Assembly (NCBI GenBank): GCA_963681965.1 | Contig: OY820579.1 | Coordinates: 736,001-800,000 of the forward strand | From: a bacterium | GTDB lineage: Bacteria > Electryoneota > JAOADG01 | DNA length: 64,000 nt | Direction of reading: 5' to 3' | In this document: piece after piece, positions 21,118 to 31,371 of the stretch | How the letters are laid out: each line of letters begins with the position of its first letter | How positions within the stretch are numbered: the stretch's first letter is position 1 | The notes under the pieces: generated by a model | What the model was told of the DNA's origin: nothing | The model's database searches: none | Seen by the model: only the letters and a program-made list of their open reading frames with translations | Program-made: the position numbers and the translations under genes

Positions 21118-24100
21118 ATGATCTTGCACGATATCAGCCGATCCAATAGGATGTTTTGGGTGAAACCAGCGATTGCATTAATTATCAGCTTATGCTTGTT
21201 TTTCACCTCATGTGTCAAAACCCCCGAAGACTCGCAACCCACAACTGGCTCAATTTCCGGTCGCATAACCAACGTGACGTCCAGTCAGTCTATCGCCGAT
21301 GCACAGGTTACCACTATTCCCAGCAGTGTTAGTGTGCTTAGCAATAGTACCGGCAACTTCACGATTGGAAACCTTGAGCCGCGACAGTACACGGTTTATG
21401 CCTCAAAAACCGGTTACGTAACGGCATCGGTCGTCGTTAACGTTATCGCTGGTCAAGTGGCAACTGGAGATATCGCACTCACCGAGGTTTCCCCGGAATT
21501 GGTGGTTAGTACTTCCACACTCGATTTTGGCTCGACCGAAACGTTGATGACGCTTAATCTTCGTAATTCAACCGGGATTGGAACGATTTCCTGGACGGCA
21601 AACAGAACCCGGAATTGGATCCAATTATCGGAGCTACAGGGTTCGATTACCAATCAGGCTCAAACGATAACGGTTCGAGTTTTGCGCGATAGTTTGACTT
21701 CTGGCAACTATAACGGACTGATCAATTTTTCATCGAACGCTGGAAACCCAACCGTTCAAGTGCTGGTCACAATCCCTAATCCGGAATTAACGGTTTCTCC
21801 CTCTCCGCTCGACTTCGGTACAACGCAATCGGCGCTTTCTTTGACCGTACGCAATCAAACGGGTATCGGGAGTATTTCCTGGACGGCAAGCGCAACCCGG
21901 AGTTGGATCCAATTATCGTCTTTGCAGGGTACGGTTACTAATCAAAGCGAAAACGTAACTGTTACGATTTCTCGCACCGGTCTTGCACCGGGTAATTATA
22001 GTGGAGCTATTAATTTCGTATCGAATGCCGGAAATCCGACGGTACAGGTGTTGATCACTATTCCCAATCCGACAAGTCCGCAGCTTTCACTCGATGTTAC
22101 TGCGCTAGATTTCGATTCACTCACGAGTTCGAAACAGATTCGAATTTCCAATACCGGTGTCAGTCAGTTGAATTGGACGATTATCTCCAACCAAACCTGG
22201 TTGACGATACAGCCGAGTTTTGGTTCTACTGCGCCGTCGGGGTATAACACGGTTACAGTAGGGGTTAATCGTGCCGGTCTTACCACCGGTATTTACAATA
22301 GTGGTTCACTGTCAATCACTTCGAACGGCGGCGATATCAATGTAACCATTCAAATGCTGGTTCGACCTCCGATTCTCGCACTGGATGCAACTGTACTGGG
22401 TTTCGATTCGCTTACCACCGCAAAACAGGTTCGGATCTACAATCGAGGTTCGAGTAGTTTGAATTGGTCGATTGTTTCCAACCAACCCTGGTTAACCGTT
22501 CAACCATCTTCTGGATCGACCGCTGTCGCGGGCTACAGTGTAGTGTCTGCCAACGTCGACCGCACCGGTTTGGCTGCGGGAGTATACAATAACGGTACTC
22601 TGACCTTCTCGTCTAACGGTGGCGAAATTGTTGCAAACATTCAAATGACGGTATTACCCGATCGACCTGTGGCACCGTCTAACTTAGCCGCAATATTCAC
22701 TACTGCTAGAACAATCACATTGTCTTGGACAGACAACTCGAGCAATGAGGAAGGCTTTCAGATCGAGCGTCGTATTTCGACACAACCGGCATTCGTTTCG
22801 ATTGCGACCGTTACTGCAAATTCGGTCTCCTATGCCGACACTGGACTGACACCACACACAACTTATTATTATCGGGTTTGTGCATTCAACCAGACAGTAA
22901 CATCGACATATACCAATTCTGCTTATGCGACGATCGGGAACATCGTCCCCGATCAACCATTTGGACCGTCTCCCAACGATGCAACTAATCTAGCGTGTAA
23001 TGGCACATTGCGGTGGTCAGGTACCGACCCCGACCTTGACACGCTGAGATACGATGTGTATCTGGGAAATAGTTCGCCAATTCCATTGTTCGTGTCCAAC
23101 ACGACTTCAACATCTGCTGCCTTTTCCGGTTTATACGCCAATACGAACTATACATGGCGGATTGTTGCCAAAGACAATTACAGTGGAATAACCAATGGAC
23201 CAGTGTGGAACTTTACAACTGGAGCGCCCATCGGAACAACTTTTTCGATCGGAATTAGTCCTAACACAAATCAAGAAGGACGTTCCGTTGTTCAATCCGC
23301 CGATGGTGGATACGCCTGTACGGGATTTACCGGAACGCCGCCCTACGATTACGATATGTGGGCGGCAAAATATAGCGAAACAGGAACGCAAGTGTGGTCC
23401 AGAACCTTCGGTCGAAGCGGATACGATCGCGGAAATGCGATTCTTGCCACCCCCGATGGCGGCTTTTTAATTGTCGGTGAAACCTCGTCGTACGGGCACG
23501 GAAATTCCGATGTGTGGCTTGTAAAGCTAACATCGACAGGCGATACTTCATGGACTCGGGCACTTGGAGGTTCCGATCAAGATGTCGGATGGTCGGTGAT
23601 TTTATCGCGGACGAACGAATTTGTAATTGCTGGATTTACTTACTCATATGGTAATGATGCGCAATTATATTTACTTAAAACGAATCAAGCCGGTCAGGAA
23701 ATTTGGCATCAAACGTTTGGTGGAGTCAACTTTGATGCTGGATGTTCTGTTATTGAAGCTTCAGATGGTGGGTATGTAGTATCAGGTGTAAGTCGAAATA
23801 CACAAGGCAATGCTTCGTGGTGGATGATTAAAACGAATAGCAGTGGCACTTATCAATGGGGAAACACCTACGGATCGACGAATTCCGGATACAGCTATTC
23901 GGTGAAGCAAACATTCAACGGTGATTTCGTGTTGACCGGTGAAGGTTATTCTACGTCTGGAGATCGCGGATTGTGGGTTATTCGAACGGATAATTCGGGA
24001 AATCAACTTTGGCTGCGGCAATTCGGCGGAACTGGCAATGATTTTGGCAACGGCATCGCCACAACAGCCGACGGTGGAATGATTGTCGCCGGATCGACGG

Positions 24101-24330
24101 AATCGTCCGGTGCCGGTGGATCCGATCTCTTTTTAGTCAAATTGAACGCGGGCGGCGATTCACTTTGGTCACGGGTATACGGTGGTACCGGTACCGATCG
24201 AGGGGTAACAGTTCAACAGACTCGAGACAACGGTTATATCGTGATTGGAAGTCAAACCGGAACTGGCTCTAACACGAATATTTGGCTATTGAAGACCGAT
24301 CCAAATGGCAACGTTGCCGGAATGCGATAA
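21118..24330 (+). CDS. Large lipoprotein: carboxypeptidase-regulatory-like domain, 4 BACON-like repeats, FN3, beta-propeller
   Basis: Lipobox-like FTSC; LDFG...W...WI.LS repeats; WTDNSSNEEGF FN3; DGG...G...D.W..K....G...W repeats. Confidence 0.8.
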   Translation: MILHDISRSNRMFWVKPAIALIISLCLFFTSCVKTPEDSQPTTGSISGRITNVTSSQSIADAQVTTIPSSVSVLSNSTGNFTIGNLEPRQYTVYASKTGYVTASVVVNVIAGQVATGDIALTEVSPELVVSTSTLDFGSTETLMTLNLRNSTGIGTISWTANRTRNWIQLSELQGSITNQAQTITVRVLRDSLTSGNYNGLINFSSNAGNPTVQVLVTIPNPELTVSPSPLDFGTTQSALSLTVRNQTGIGSISWTASATRSWIQLSSLQGTVTNQSENVTVTISRTGLAPGNYSGAINFVSNAGNPTVQVLITIPNPTSPQLSLDVTALDFDSLTSSKQIRISNTGVSQLNWTIISNQTWLTIQPSFGSTAPSGYNTVTVGVNRAGLTTGIYNSGSLSITSNGGDINVTIQMLVRPPILALDATVLGFDSLTTAKQVRIYNRGSSSLNWSIVSNQPWLTVQPSSGSTAVAGYSVVSANVDRTGLAAGVYNNGTLTFSSNGGEIVANIQMTVLPDRPVAPSNLAAIFTTARTITLSWTDNSSNEEGFQIERRISTQPAFVSIATVTANSVSYADTGLTPHTTYYYRVCAFNQTVTSTYTNSAYATIGNIVPDQPFGPSPNDATNLACNGTLRWSGTDPDLDTLRYDVYLGNSSPIPLFVSNTTSTSAAFSGLYANTNYTWRIVAKDNYSGITNGPVWNFTTGAPIGTTFSIGISPNTNQEGRSVVQSADGGYACTGFTGTPPYDYDMWAAKYSETGTQVWSRTFGRSGYDRGNAILATPDGGFLIVGETSSYGHGNSDVWLVKLTSTGDTSWTRALGGSDQDVGWSVILSRTNEFVIAGFTYSYGNDAQLYLLKTNQAGQEIWHQTFGGVNFDAGCSVIEASDGGYVVSGVSRNTQGNASWWMIKTNSSGTYQWGNTYGSTNSGYSYSVKQTFNGDFVLTGEGYSTSGDRGLWVIRTDNSGNQLWLRQFGGTGNDFGNGIATTADGGMIVAGSTESSGAGGSDLFLVKLNAGGDSLWSRVYGGTGTDRGVTVQQTRDNGYIVIGSQTGTGSNTNIWLLKTDPNGNVAGMR

Positions 24331-24364
24331 CAATCACTAGACGTTCGCGATAGTATCATTCGAT

Positions 24365-25216
24365 TTGTCGATTAGAATGGAGATAATCTTGTTCCAAGGA
24401 GTGATCTGGATACAGCGATGGTTTTGCGCTTCGACACTGCTCCTGTTGGTTGCATTCGGGCTAGTTAGTGCTGCACCGCGATGGACAACGGTGAAACCGT
24501 TGGGTAAAAGCCATGTTTATGCGGTTGGATTGGGCGAAAGCCGAGCGTCACTTGTTGATGCCCGTAAGGCGGCAATTACTAGCGCTATCGGCGCATTCAA
24601 CACTACCCAAGGCGTGACCTTAACGAATCGAATCCAATTGACGAAAATTGAGGATTCAACGTCCTATCGGGAAGCGGTCGTTGATGAATTGGAAGTGAAA
24701 GGCATTTCCAGCACATTAACGGGAGTGCAGATTGTTGAAACTTATATCGATTGTAATTCCTCACCGTTCCGCGTTTGGGCACTGATTTCGATGCCGGGAC
24801 AAAATCAAATTTCCCATTTGGCACCGGTTTGGCGAAGCGCAATTGTACCCGGATGGGGACAATATTACCAAGGTTATAAAATGCGTGGTGTCGGGCTTCT
24901 ACTTGCCGAAACCGCATCGATTGGCGGCGCTTTTTTCTCATCGAACGAATACTCTAGTCGGAAATCGAAAGCCAATAAATCGGTTGTGAAATCGACCCGC
25001 GACGAATACAATAAGCAAGCCGATATGTACTATCAAATGAATGTCGTGTGTGTATGCGTTGCAGTTGCGAGCTATGCCTTGAATATGGCGGATGTGCTCC
25101 TGCAATCGCCGAATCGATCGGATTTATATTATGCCGTTACTGCAACACCCGGGAGCCGTGACGTTTCACCGAAAGTTGCAATATCGCTTTCCATACCCTT
25201 TCAACTGAATAACTAA
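24365..25216 (+). CDS. Membrane protein with LPP20-like and DUF5683-like segments
   Basis: YAVGLGES...ARKAA; RSAIVPGWGQYY; start uncertain. Confidence 0.65.
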   Translation: MSIRMEIILFQGVIWIQRWFCASTLLLLVAFGLVSAAPRWTTVKPLGKSHVYAVGLGESRASLVDARKAAITSAIGAFNTTQGVTLTNRIQLTKIEDSTSYREAVVDELEVKGISSTLTGVQIVETYIDCNSSPFRVWALISMPGQNQISHLAPVWRSAIVPGWGQYYQGYKMRGVGLLLAETASIGGAFFSSNEYSSRKSKANKSVVKSTRDEYNKQADMYYQMNVVCVCVAVASYALNMADVLLQSPNRSDLYYAVTATPGSRDVSPKVAISLSIPFQLNN

Positions 25217-25244
25217 TTTTTCTACTAACACGCCGGAGGAGATC

Positions 25245-25799
25245 ATGTCTAGATTTACTACTGTTATTATTGCAACAATCGCGTTTGCTTTGTTGGCTGG
25301 GTGCGGTCCGAAGGGGCTCCAAAAAACCTCAATTTCGGGCGAACCGGAATGGTATCGAAAACCTCCGGTAAACAAAGACTTCATGTATGGAGCTTATTCG
25401 GCAACATCGCAGGATATGCAGCTAGCATGCGATAAAGCCGCTGCGGGAGCACGCGCCGATATCGGTAAGCAAGTGGAAGTAAAAATCCAAGGAATGGAAA
25501 AACGCTTCAACGAAGAAACCGGAATTGGTAATGACGCGCAATTGTTGCAACAATTTACGCAAGCTACCAAAGTAATCGTCAATGCGACTCTGCAAAACAC
25601 GATTATCAAAGAGAAAATTACGCGTCGTGATGGCGACAACTGGCGCGCATACGTGTTGATCGAATATCCGGTAGCCGACGCCAATGCTTCGATGCTAAAG
25701 GAATTGAAGAAGAATGAGGTTTTGTTAACCCGTCTACGTTCATCCGAAGCATTCAAAGAATTAGAGAACGACGTCGCTAAAGATCAACCCAAAAAATAA
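25245..25799 (+). CDS. LPP20-family lipoprotein
   Basis: Lipobox LAGC; PEWY..P, A.S.DMQLA.DKA...AR; GGAGGAG RBS. Confidence 0.75.
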   Translation: MSRFTTVIIATIAFALLAGCGPKGLQKTSISGEPEWYRKPPVNKDFMYGAYSATSQDMQLACDKAAAGARADIGKQVEVKIQGMEKRFNEETGIGNDAQLLQQFTQATKVIVNATLQNTIIKEKITRRDGDNWRAYVLIEYPVADANASMLKELKKNEVLLTRLRSSEAFKELENDVAKDQPKK

Positions 25800-25815
25800 A
25801 ATTGTCTTGATTTCA

Positions 25816-25853
25816 CTGTGGGAAGCGATTAAACTCGCTTCCCATAGTTTTTT
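25816..25853 (+). terminator. Rho-independent terminator
   Basis: tgggaagcga-ttaaac-tcgcttccca followed by T-run. Confidence 0.75.
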
Positions 25854-26044
25854 GGTTCCGGTATACCGGAATTCACGAATACTGTAACCACTTCACGAGT
25901 ATAGTATAACTGTCGCTCACACCGAGTGTATCCGATACAATTCTGCCGGCGAAGTCAAAGAAGTACTCGACCTCTCCTTGCACAATGCAACCATCCCAAA
26001 CCTGTCTTCGAAAGCAATTTCGAACAAATGAAGTGTGTAATTAC

Positions 26045-26162
26045 TATAGTGGTTCTTGAAAATAAGTTGTCATAATTCGCTGTCAGGCTTCGCCTGACCT
26101 GCGGGCGGATGCGGGGATCCGCCCCTACTACCGATAACAACTTATTTTCAAGAGATACTATA
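26045..26162. mobile_element. MITE (~118 bp) with IS630-like ends and internal REP-like hairpins
   Basis: Left end TATAGTGGTTCTTGAAAATAAGTTGT; reverse complement of right end TATAGTATCTCTTGAAAATAAGTTGT; TA at both ends. Confidence 0.75.
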
Positions 26163-27252
26163 CCGTTTCTCATAAATAGTGTCGCATTGTTTCTTATCTT
26201 TATTTCATGCGACCTTTATCTCCTAATCCTGCGAATGGTACTTTGGACGAGATCGAAGAAGCCCTTCGTTGTTCGGTTGACCATGACGAGCACTGTCGCT
26301 TTCAAGGGATTAAAATGCTCTTGTTAGGGTTACCGGACAATCAAGTTTGTCAAGTGTTGTCGGTTGTACCGCGATCTTTACAGCGGTGGGTTCAGCATTG
26401 GAACGCCGGTGGCATTGACCGTTTGAAACGGATACCGCGACCGGGACGACCGCGCAAAGCTAACAAAGAACAACGGTTTCTGGTTGTCGATTGGCTTACC
26501 CATCCCGAGCAGCACGGACAGACACACTGGACACTACGCAAGTTGCATGGCGTATTGCGTAGCGAACTACGCATCGAATTGGGCTATTCCACGCTCGCCC
26601 GTCTTGTTCGCGATGAACGATTTGCCTTGAATATGCCGCGATCCTGGCCGGCAAAACAGGATGCCGAGGCCCGGTTGGCTTTCACAGAACTGCTGTCGTC
26701 GCTGCTTGCCAGCGATCCCAATCGGATTTGGTTCTACGACGAAAGCGGCATTACCGGCGATCCACGCCCGCGCCGACGCTGGATGCGGAAAGGAGAACGA
26801 CAAACGGTTCCCTTTACCGGCACCCATTTGCGGGAAAACATTTTGGGCGCGGTACAACCCTTATCCGGTCGGTTGTTTTCGCTGCAAATGCCGGAAGTGG
26901 ATCGGGAACTGTTCCAGATTTTCCTTGACCACTTCGCCGAATATACCAAGGGCGAAAGGGTAACAATGGTGCTGGACAATGCCAGTTGGCACAAGGTTAA
27001 ATCGTTAAACTGGCATCATATTCAACCAATATTCTTGCCACCCTATTCACCCGATCTCAACCCGATAGAACGATTGTGGTTGTATATCAAAGAGCATTAC
27101 TTCAACCATTGGTACAGCAAGTCCAGAGAAGAACTAAGAGATCGGGTAACATGGGCAATACAACAGCTACTCAATCAACCAGAAATTGTAAAATCTGTAA
27201 CACGAGTGTGAGAGTAAATCACAATGCGACACGATTTTCAAGAAATGGTATA
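26159..27252 (+). mobile_element. IS630-family insertion sequence
   Basis: Imperfect 32-bp TIRs tataccgtttctcataaatagtgtcgcattgt / acaatgcgacacgattttcaagaaatggtata; TA at both ends. Confidence 0.92.
26207..27211 (+). CDS. IS630 DDE transposase (single uninterrupted ORF)
   Basis: HTH with GRPRK, FYDESG, LDNASWH, PPYSPDLNPIERLW. Confidence 0.95.
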   Translation: MRPLSPNPANGTLDEIEEALRCSVDHDEHCRFQGIKMLLLGLPDNQVCQVLSVVPRSLQRWVQHWNAGGIDRLKRIPRPGRPRKANKEQRFLVVDWLTHPEQHGQTHWTLRKLHGVLRSELRIELGYSTLARLVRDERFALNMPRSWPAKQDAEARLAFTELLSSLLASDPNRIWFYDESGITGDPRPRRRWMRKGERQTVPFTGTHLRENILGAVQPLSGRLFSLQMPEVDRELFQIFLDHFAEYTKGERVTMVLDNASWHKVKSLNWHHIQPIFLPPYSPDLNPIERLWLYIKEHYFNHWYSKSREELRDRVTWAIQQLLNQPEIVKSVTRV

Positions 27253-27259
27253 TAACGCG

Positions 27260-28147
27260 TCAAATAACTCTAACCCCTTTTAATTGTCGTTTGATGCCGC
27301 GATGGAATTTGTATTTCGGATAACCTACGATCATCGCTAGGACAACCTCATTGTCTTCGGGAAGAGACCAGCGTTGTTTGAGTGGTTTCGAACGATTCAC
27401 AATCGGTCCGACAATTTCCAGAAGTGTCGTTCCAAGCCCTAGTGCGTGTGCCGCGAGCATCGCGTAGGTGGCAGCGATAACGGCATTGGCGCGGAACGCT
27501 ACTTCCCATTTGTTGGCATGGAATAACATGACCACCGGGGCATGATAGGTATAACAGTCGGATTTATCTTGTTTGTACCGTCGATTGGCGTCGGCAACAA
27601 CCTCGAGAATATGCGTTTGAATTGAATGATAATCGATCGCTCCGGCACTCAATCGGACAAATTGACGTGCAATCGGATTCTTCATCGAATTTACCAACCA
27701 ATCATAATCTTTGCGCAGAGTATCGAACAAGATGTCCCGTTCGGCAGCGTTTTCAATTACCAAAACTTCAGTGGTGTGGGGCGGAAAACCCATGGGCGCG
27801 GTCGCAGTCGCTTCGAGAATTTGATCGATCTTCGATCGTTCGACTGAACGGTCTTTGAAAAGCCGGATCGATCTTCGACTCATGAGTAAGTTTTGGAACT
27901 GTCCGAATTGTAGCGATGGGTCGCTTAGTGCAGGAAAATCCGCTTTGTTAAAACTGGAGTGCGTTAGTGCGTCGTTGGGGCATACGGCGACGCATAGTCC
28001 ACAAAAGATACAATGCCCGGAACGTTCCGGGATGGTTGTTGCGTGCCCATTCGTAACAGCGATTACGAATTTGCCGCAGGACTCGACACAGGCGCCGCAC
28101 CCTTTACAGGCGTCGGTAGTAGTATGCATTTCGGGTTGGTTGTGCAT
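27260..28147 (-). CDS. Nitroreductase with N-terminal 2x[4Fe-4S] ferredoxin domain
   Basis: CKGCGACVESC, CIFCGLCVAVCP, RRSIRLF, AAHALGLGT. Confidence 0.9.
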   Translation of the reverse strand: MHNQPEMHTTTDACKGCGACVESCGKFVIAVTNGHATTIPERSGHCIFCGLCVAVCPNDALTHSSFNKADFPALSDPSLQFGQFQNLLMSRRSIRLFKDRSVERSKIDQILEATATAPMGFPPHTTEVLVIENAAERDILFDTLRKDYDWLVNSMKNPIARQFVRLSAGAIDYHSIQTHILEVVADANRRYKQDKSDCYTYHAPVVMLFHANKWEVAFRANAVIAATYAMLAAHALGLGTTLLEIVGPIVNRSKPLKQRWSLPEDNEVVLAMIVGYPKYKFHRGIKRQLKGVRVI

Positions 28148-28172
28148 AAAAAGTCGTCCGATTAGTCTTAGT

Positions 28173-28395
28173 TCACTTTAGTAGAACAATTTTGCGGGAC
28201 TGCGAGAACTTGCCGGCGTGTATTTGCACGAAGTAGGTTCCCGACGATAAAGATGCGCCGTCAAAGGCAATGCGATGCGCTCCCGGCTAGATTTGCGGTA
28301 GTACCGCTGTTTTGATTCGTCCATCAGACTGCCAGAGCGGAAATCGGAAACACCAAAAGGACTAAGAGGTAGTATTGAGAGTGAAGTGTTTTCAT
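28173..28395 (-). pseudogene. Internally deleted remnant of a secreted YCF48-like/T9SS-CTD gene
   Basis: MKTLHSQYYLLVLLVFPISALAV* then WTNQ/NSGTTANL, joined to PGAHRIAFDGASLSSGTYFVQIHAGKFSQSRKIVLLK*. Confidence 0.7.
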
Positions 28396-28566
28396 AAACT
28401 CAATTCCTTTGGCGAGTTATGTCAAAAGTAATCAAGTTCAAATTCGCGAACAAGATAAACAGAGATGTTTTAGAAAATGCCTCGACCGAAAATAATTCGC
28501 TCGAGGCATTGGTGCTTGACTTAATTGGTGGCGGTAAAAAAAGTTATTCGAGTTTTTAAGCTTGTA

Positions 28567-30747
28567 CTACTTCAGCAACACCATTTTCCTCGTTTGCATG
28601 AAATCGCCTGATCGCATCTGTACAAAGTAGGTTCCCGAAGGCAACGACGTGCCATCGAAAGTAATGGTGTAATTTCCCGGTTGGCGATAGCCGTGGTACA
28701 ACGTCTGAACTTGGCGACCCGAGATGTCGAACACTCGCAACTCGACGACTCCCGGCTTAGGAAGATTATAGGAGATCGAGGTCGTGGGGTTGAAGGGATT
28801 GGGATAGTTAGGTAAAAGTGTAAATTGATGTGGTGTGTTGTTACCGTTGTGTTCGGGTACACTACTAACATTCCCGCCGACTGATTTAAGAATCGTGCCG
28901 TTTGCACCAACCACCCACCCCGTCGTTTCGTTACAAAACCCGATATCGTATAACGGTTGATGTGTATTACTGGCGACAATTTCCCATAGTACCCCACCAT
29001 CAGTCGTTTTGAGAATAGTGCCATTTTGACCAGTGATCCAACCAGTATTGGCATCGAGAAATCGAATTTTCCTTAGCGTGTTGGTAGTAGGACTCTGTAC
29101 TCCAGTCCAAGTCGATCCGCCATTGGTCGTATGGAATATGATACCGCTGTCGCTAACGCACAAACCGTTAAAACTATCGATGAAACAGATATCGTACAAC
29201 ATTGGCAACGTTTCGAGCGATTGAGGCTGCCAACTAGCACCCCCGTTGGTTGTGTGAAGAATGATACCCAGTGATGTATCATCGAAACCGACAACCCACC
29301 CGATATTGGAATCGATAAAATAAACACCGGAATAGTATAGCCAGCGGTTGTAAAATTGCATGGTCCACGAAGTACCACTATTCGTCGTGTGAAGAATCGC
29401 ACCGCGAGCGCCAACCGCCCAGCCATTGCAGGTGTCGACGAAGGTGACACTTTTCATAAACACATCGAATCCACAATAAATACGCTCCCAGATATTTCCA
29501 CCGTCGGTCGTTCGAAATACATAACCGGAATCGCCAACAATCCATCCGTGATTTTGATCGATCCAATCGATCGAATTGAGCTTTTGATTGGAGTCGAGCG
29601 TTTGCGATTGCCAATCGGTGCCGCCATTGCTAGTCGAGAAGAGCTTGCCGGAATCGCCAACCGCGAATGCAGAATTGCTATCAATCACGGCAACGCTATA
29701 AATGTTACCGATGGGAGCGGGGTTGAACCAAGACCGCCCCGAATTTGTCGTCTTGATTATCGTTCCGCCACTTCCTACACACCAACCGGCGTTGTTGTCG
29801 AAAAACGTAAGGTCATTCAGGTCGTCAACTGGAGGATACGGCGTACATTGCTGCCAATTTGTGCCACTATTGGTCGTATGGAGGAATATATCGCCGGCTG
29901 GAGAATAATCTGAACAGATAATCCAACCATTATTCATATCGGTAAATCGAATGCGTTGACTCCAAAGATTGGTGCCACTGATTTGATGCGACCACGTAAC
30001 GCCACCATCGGTCGTATGAATAATCGTACCGAAAGCGCCGACAACCCAACCGTTACTCGAATCGGTAAATGCAACATCTGTAAACCATAGTTGAGAATCA
30101 CGGAGTTGTCGAGACCAAGTCGTCCCTCCGTCCGTCGTGCGATGAATAACTCCGAATCCATTAGCATCAGCCCAACTATCACCACCCACCACCCAGCCGT
30201 GAAGTGAATCGGTAAAGGTGACTCTTAACAAAAAATCGGAGTTGTTTTGTAATTGAGGATTCCAAGTGACGCCGCCATTGGATGTGTGGAGTAGGTAGCT
30301 GTGGAAACCGTTGTGAAGGGAGCCGCAAACGATCCAGCCATTCTGGTTATCGATGAATGCAACGTGATAATACACACTCGATGCTTCAAGTTGTGGTATC
30401 CATGAGTTGCCACCATCAGTGGTACTAAGGACGACACCGGTTGAGGAATCGCTATTGATCGTGCCGCCGACGATCCATCCGGTCAACGAATCGACAAATA
30501 CGATATTCGATAATTGCAAATTGGGCCAGCTCGTTTGTTGAATCCACGAGACACCGCCATTGGATGTGTGCATAATATTGCCGGTACTGGTTACCGACCA
30601 TCCAGAATTTGGAGTTATGAATTTTACCGCAGTAAAATTGGTAAAATGTGATGGCGGGTTTTGCCATTCCCAGCCGTCTGCCAATGCTGCGACTGGAGCG
30701 ATGAAACAAATTAAGAGTATTAATAATCTCGGTGAGAATTTTATCAT
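28567..30747 (-). CDS. Secreted YCF48/BNR-repeat beta-propeller protein with T9SS-like C-terminal domain
   Basis: Many F.D...GW.VG..G.I..T.DGG..W repeats; NYPNPFNP...RKMVLLK. Confidence 0.88.
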   Translation of the reverse strand: MIKFSPRLLILLICFIAPVAALADGWEWQNPPSHFTNFTAVKFITPNSGWSVTSTGNIMHTSNGGVSWIQQTSWPNLQLSNIVFVDSLTGWIVGGTINSDSSTGVVLSTTDGGNSWIPQLEASSVYYHVAFIDNQNGWIVCGSLHNGFHSYLLHTSNGGVTWNPQLQNNSDFLLRVTFTDSLHGWVVGGDSWADANGFGVIHRTTDGGTTWSRQLRDSQLWFTDVAFTDSSNGWVVGAFGTIIHTTDGGVTWSHQISGTNLWSQRIRFTDMNNGWIICSDYSPAGDIFLHTTNSGTNWQQCTPYPPVDDLNDLTFFDNNAGWCVGSGGTIIKTTNSGRSWFNPAPIGNIYSVAVIDSNSAFAVGDSGKLFSTSNGGTDWQSQTLDSNQKLNSIDWIDQNHGWIVGDSGYVFRTTDGGNIWERIYCGFDVFMKSVTFVDTCNGWAVGARGAILHTTNSGTSWTMQFYNRWLYYSGVYFIDSNIGWVVGFDDTSLGIILHTTNGGASWQPQSLETLPMLYDICFIDSFNGLCVSDSGIIFHTTNGGSTWTGVQSPTTNTLRKIRFLDANTGWITGQNGTILKTTDGGVLWEIVASNTHQPLYDIGFCNETTGWVVGANGTILKSVGGNVSSVPEHNGNNTPHQFTLLPNYPNPFNPTTSISYNLPKPGVVELRVFDISGRQVQTLYHGYRQPGNYTITFDGTSLPSGTYFVQMRSGDFMQTRKMVLLK

Positions 30748-31031
30748 AGAACCTCCGGTCGGTACGTTATTTCTAGTCTGAGAGAAGCTGAGGCAGGTAC
30801 AATATATCTTAATTCAAAATTCGAAGATACTTGAAGAAAAATTAACTGAACATAATTTGTACAGTTGTCTTTGTTTTCGACAGTAGCGACTTTTGGAGTG
30901 TCGCGTTTTGAAACGAACGGACAGCTCGCCTCCATCGTATCAAAAGGGGTATACAAGCGATTTGCGGAGATTGAATGAAACTAATTCTTAAACCGATACT
31001 AACTATAATTCATGTTGTCTGCTTGCAAAAA

Positions 31032-31058
31032 TAAAGTATCGAGTGAAGTGGTCGATAA
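31032..31058 (+). promoter_or_regulatory. Candidate sigma28 (FliA) promoter
   Basis: TAAA-N15-GTCGATAA (consensus TAAA-N15-GCCGATAA). Confidence 0.55.
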
Positions 31059-31103
31059 AAGAAGTGATGAATTTCTAAATATAAATTTCGGGGTCATATT
31101 TAA

Positions 31104-31349
31104 ATGAGTTTGGGTATTACCTCTCTTTCGGGTGGAATGGCGGCAGCGACACGGGCGGTAGATGTCGTAGCTGCACAATTGGAAGATAGTATTCGAGCAA
31201 TTGCCGGTAATACTATCGATAGTTCCGGTTCACAAGGCGATTCAGTGGCGATCTCCGAACCGGCGATGGCGATGTACAAAGCATCAATGGAAAGTCAACA
31301 GATGGTTGGCGATTTCGTTCAGCAATCGCTGGAGAGTATTCAGAAGTAA
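31104..31349 (+). CDS. Small hypothetical protein, possibly flagellar regulon
   Basis: 81-aa ORF with its own candidate promoter and terminator; DSVAIS motif. Confidence 0.65.
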   Translation: MSLGITSLSGGMAAATRAVDVVAAQLEDSIRAIAGNTIDSSGSQGDSVAISEPAMAMYKASMESQQMVGDFVQQSLESIQK

Positions 31350-31371
31350 GCGCGGATGCGTGAATCGAAGC

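Noticed and set aside
25860-26044. Gene remnant disrupted by the MITE/IS630
   Set aside because: Short open stretches on the minus strand but no recognisable homology.
28567-30747. Long overlapping ORFs in other frames (e.g. 29356-29913, 28572-29054)
   Set aside because: Shadow ORFs of the repetitive YCF48 gene; the same applies to most short overlapping ORFs in the track.
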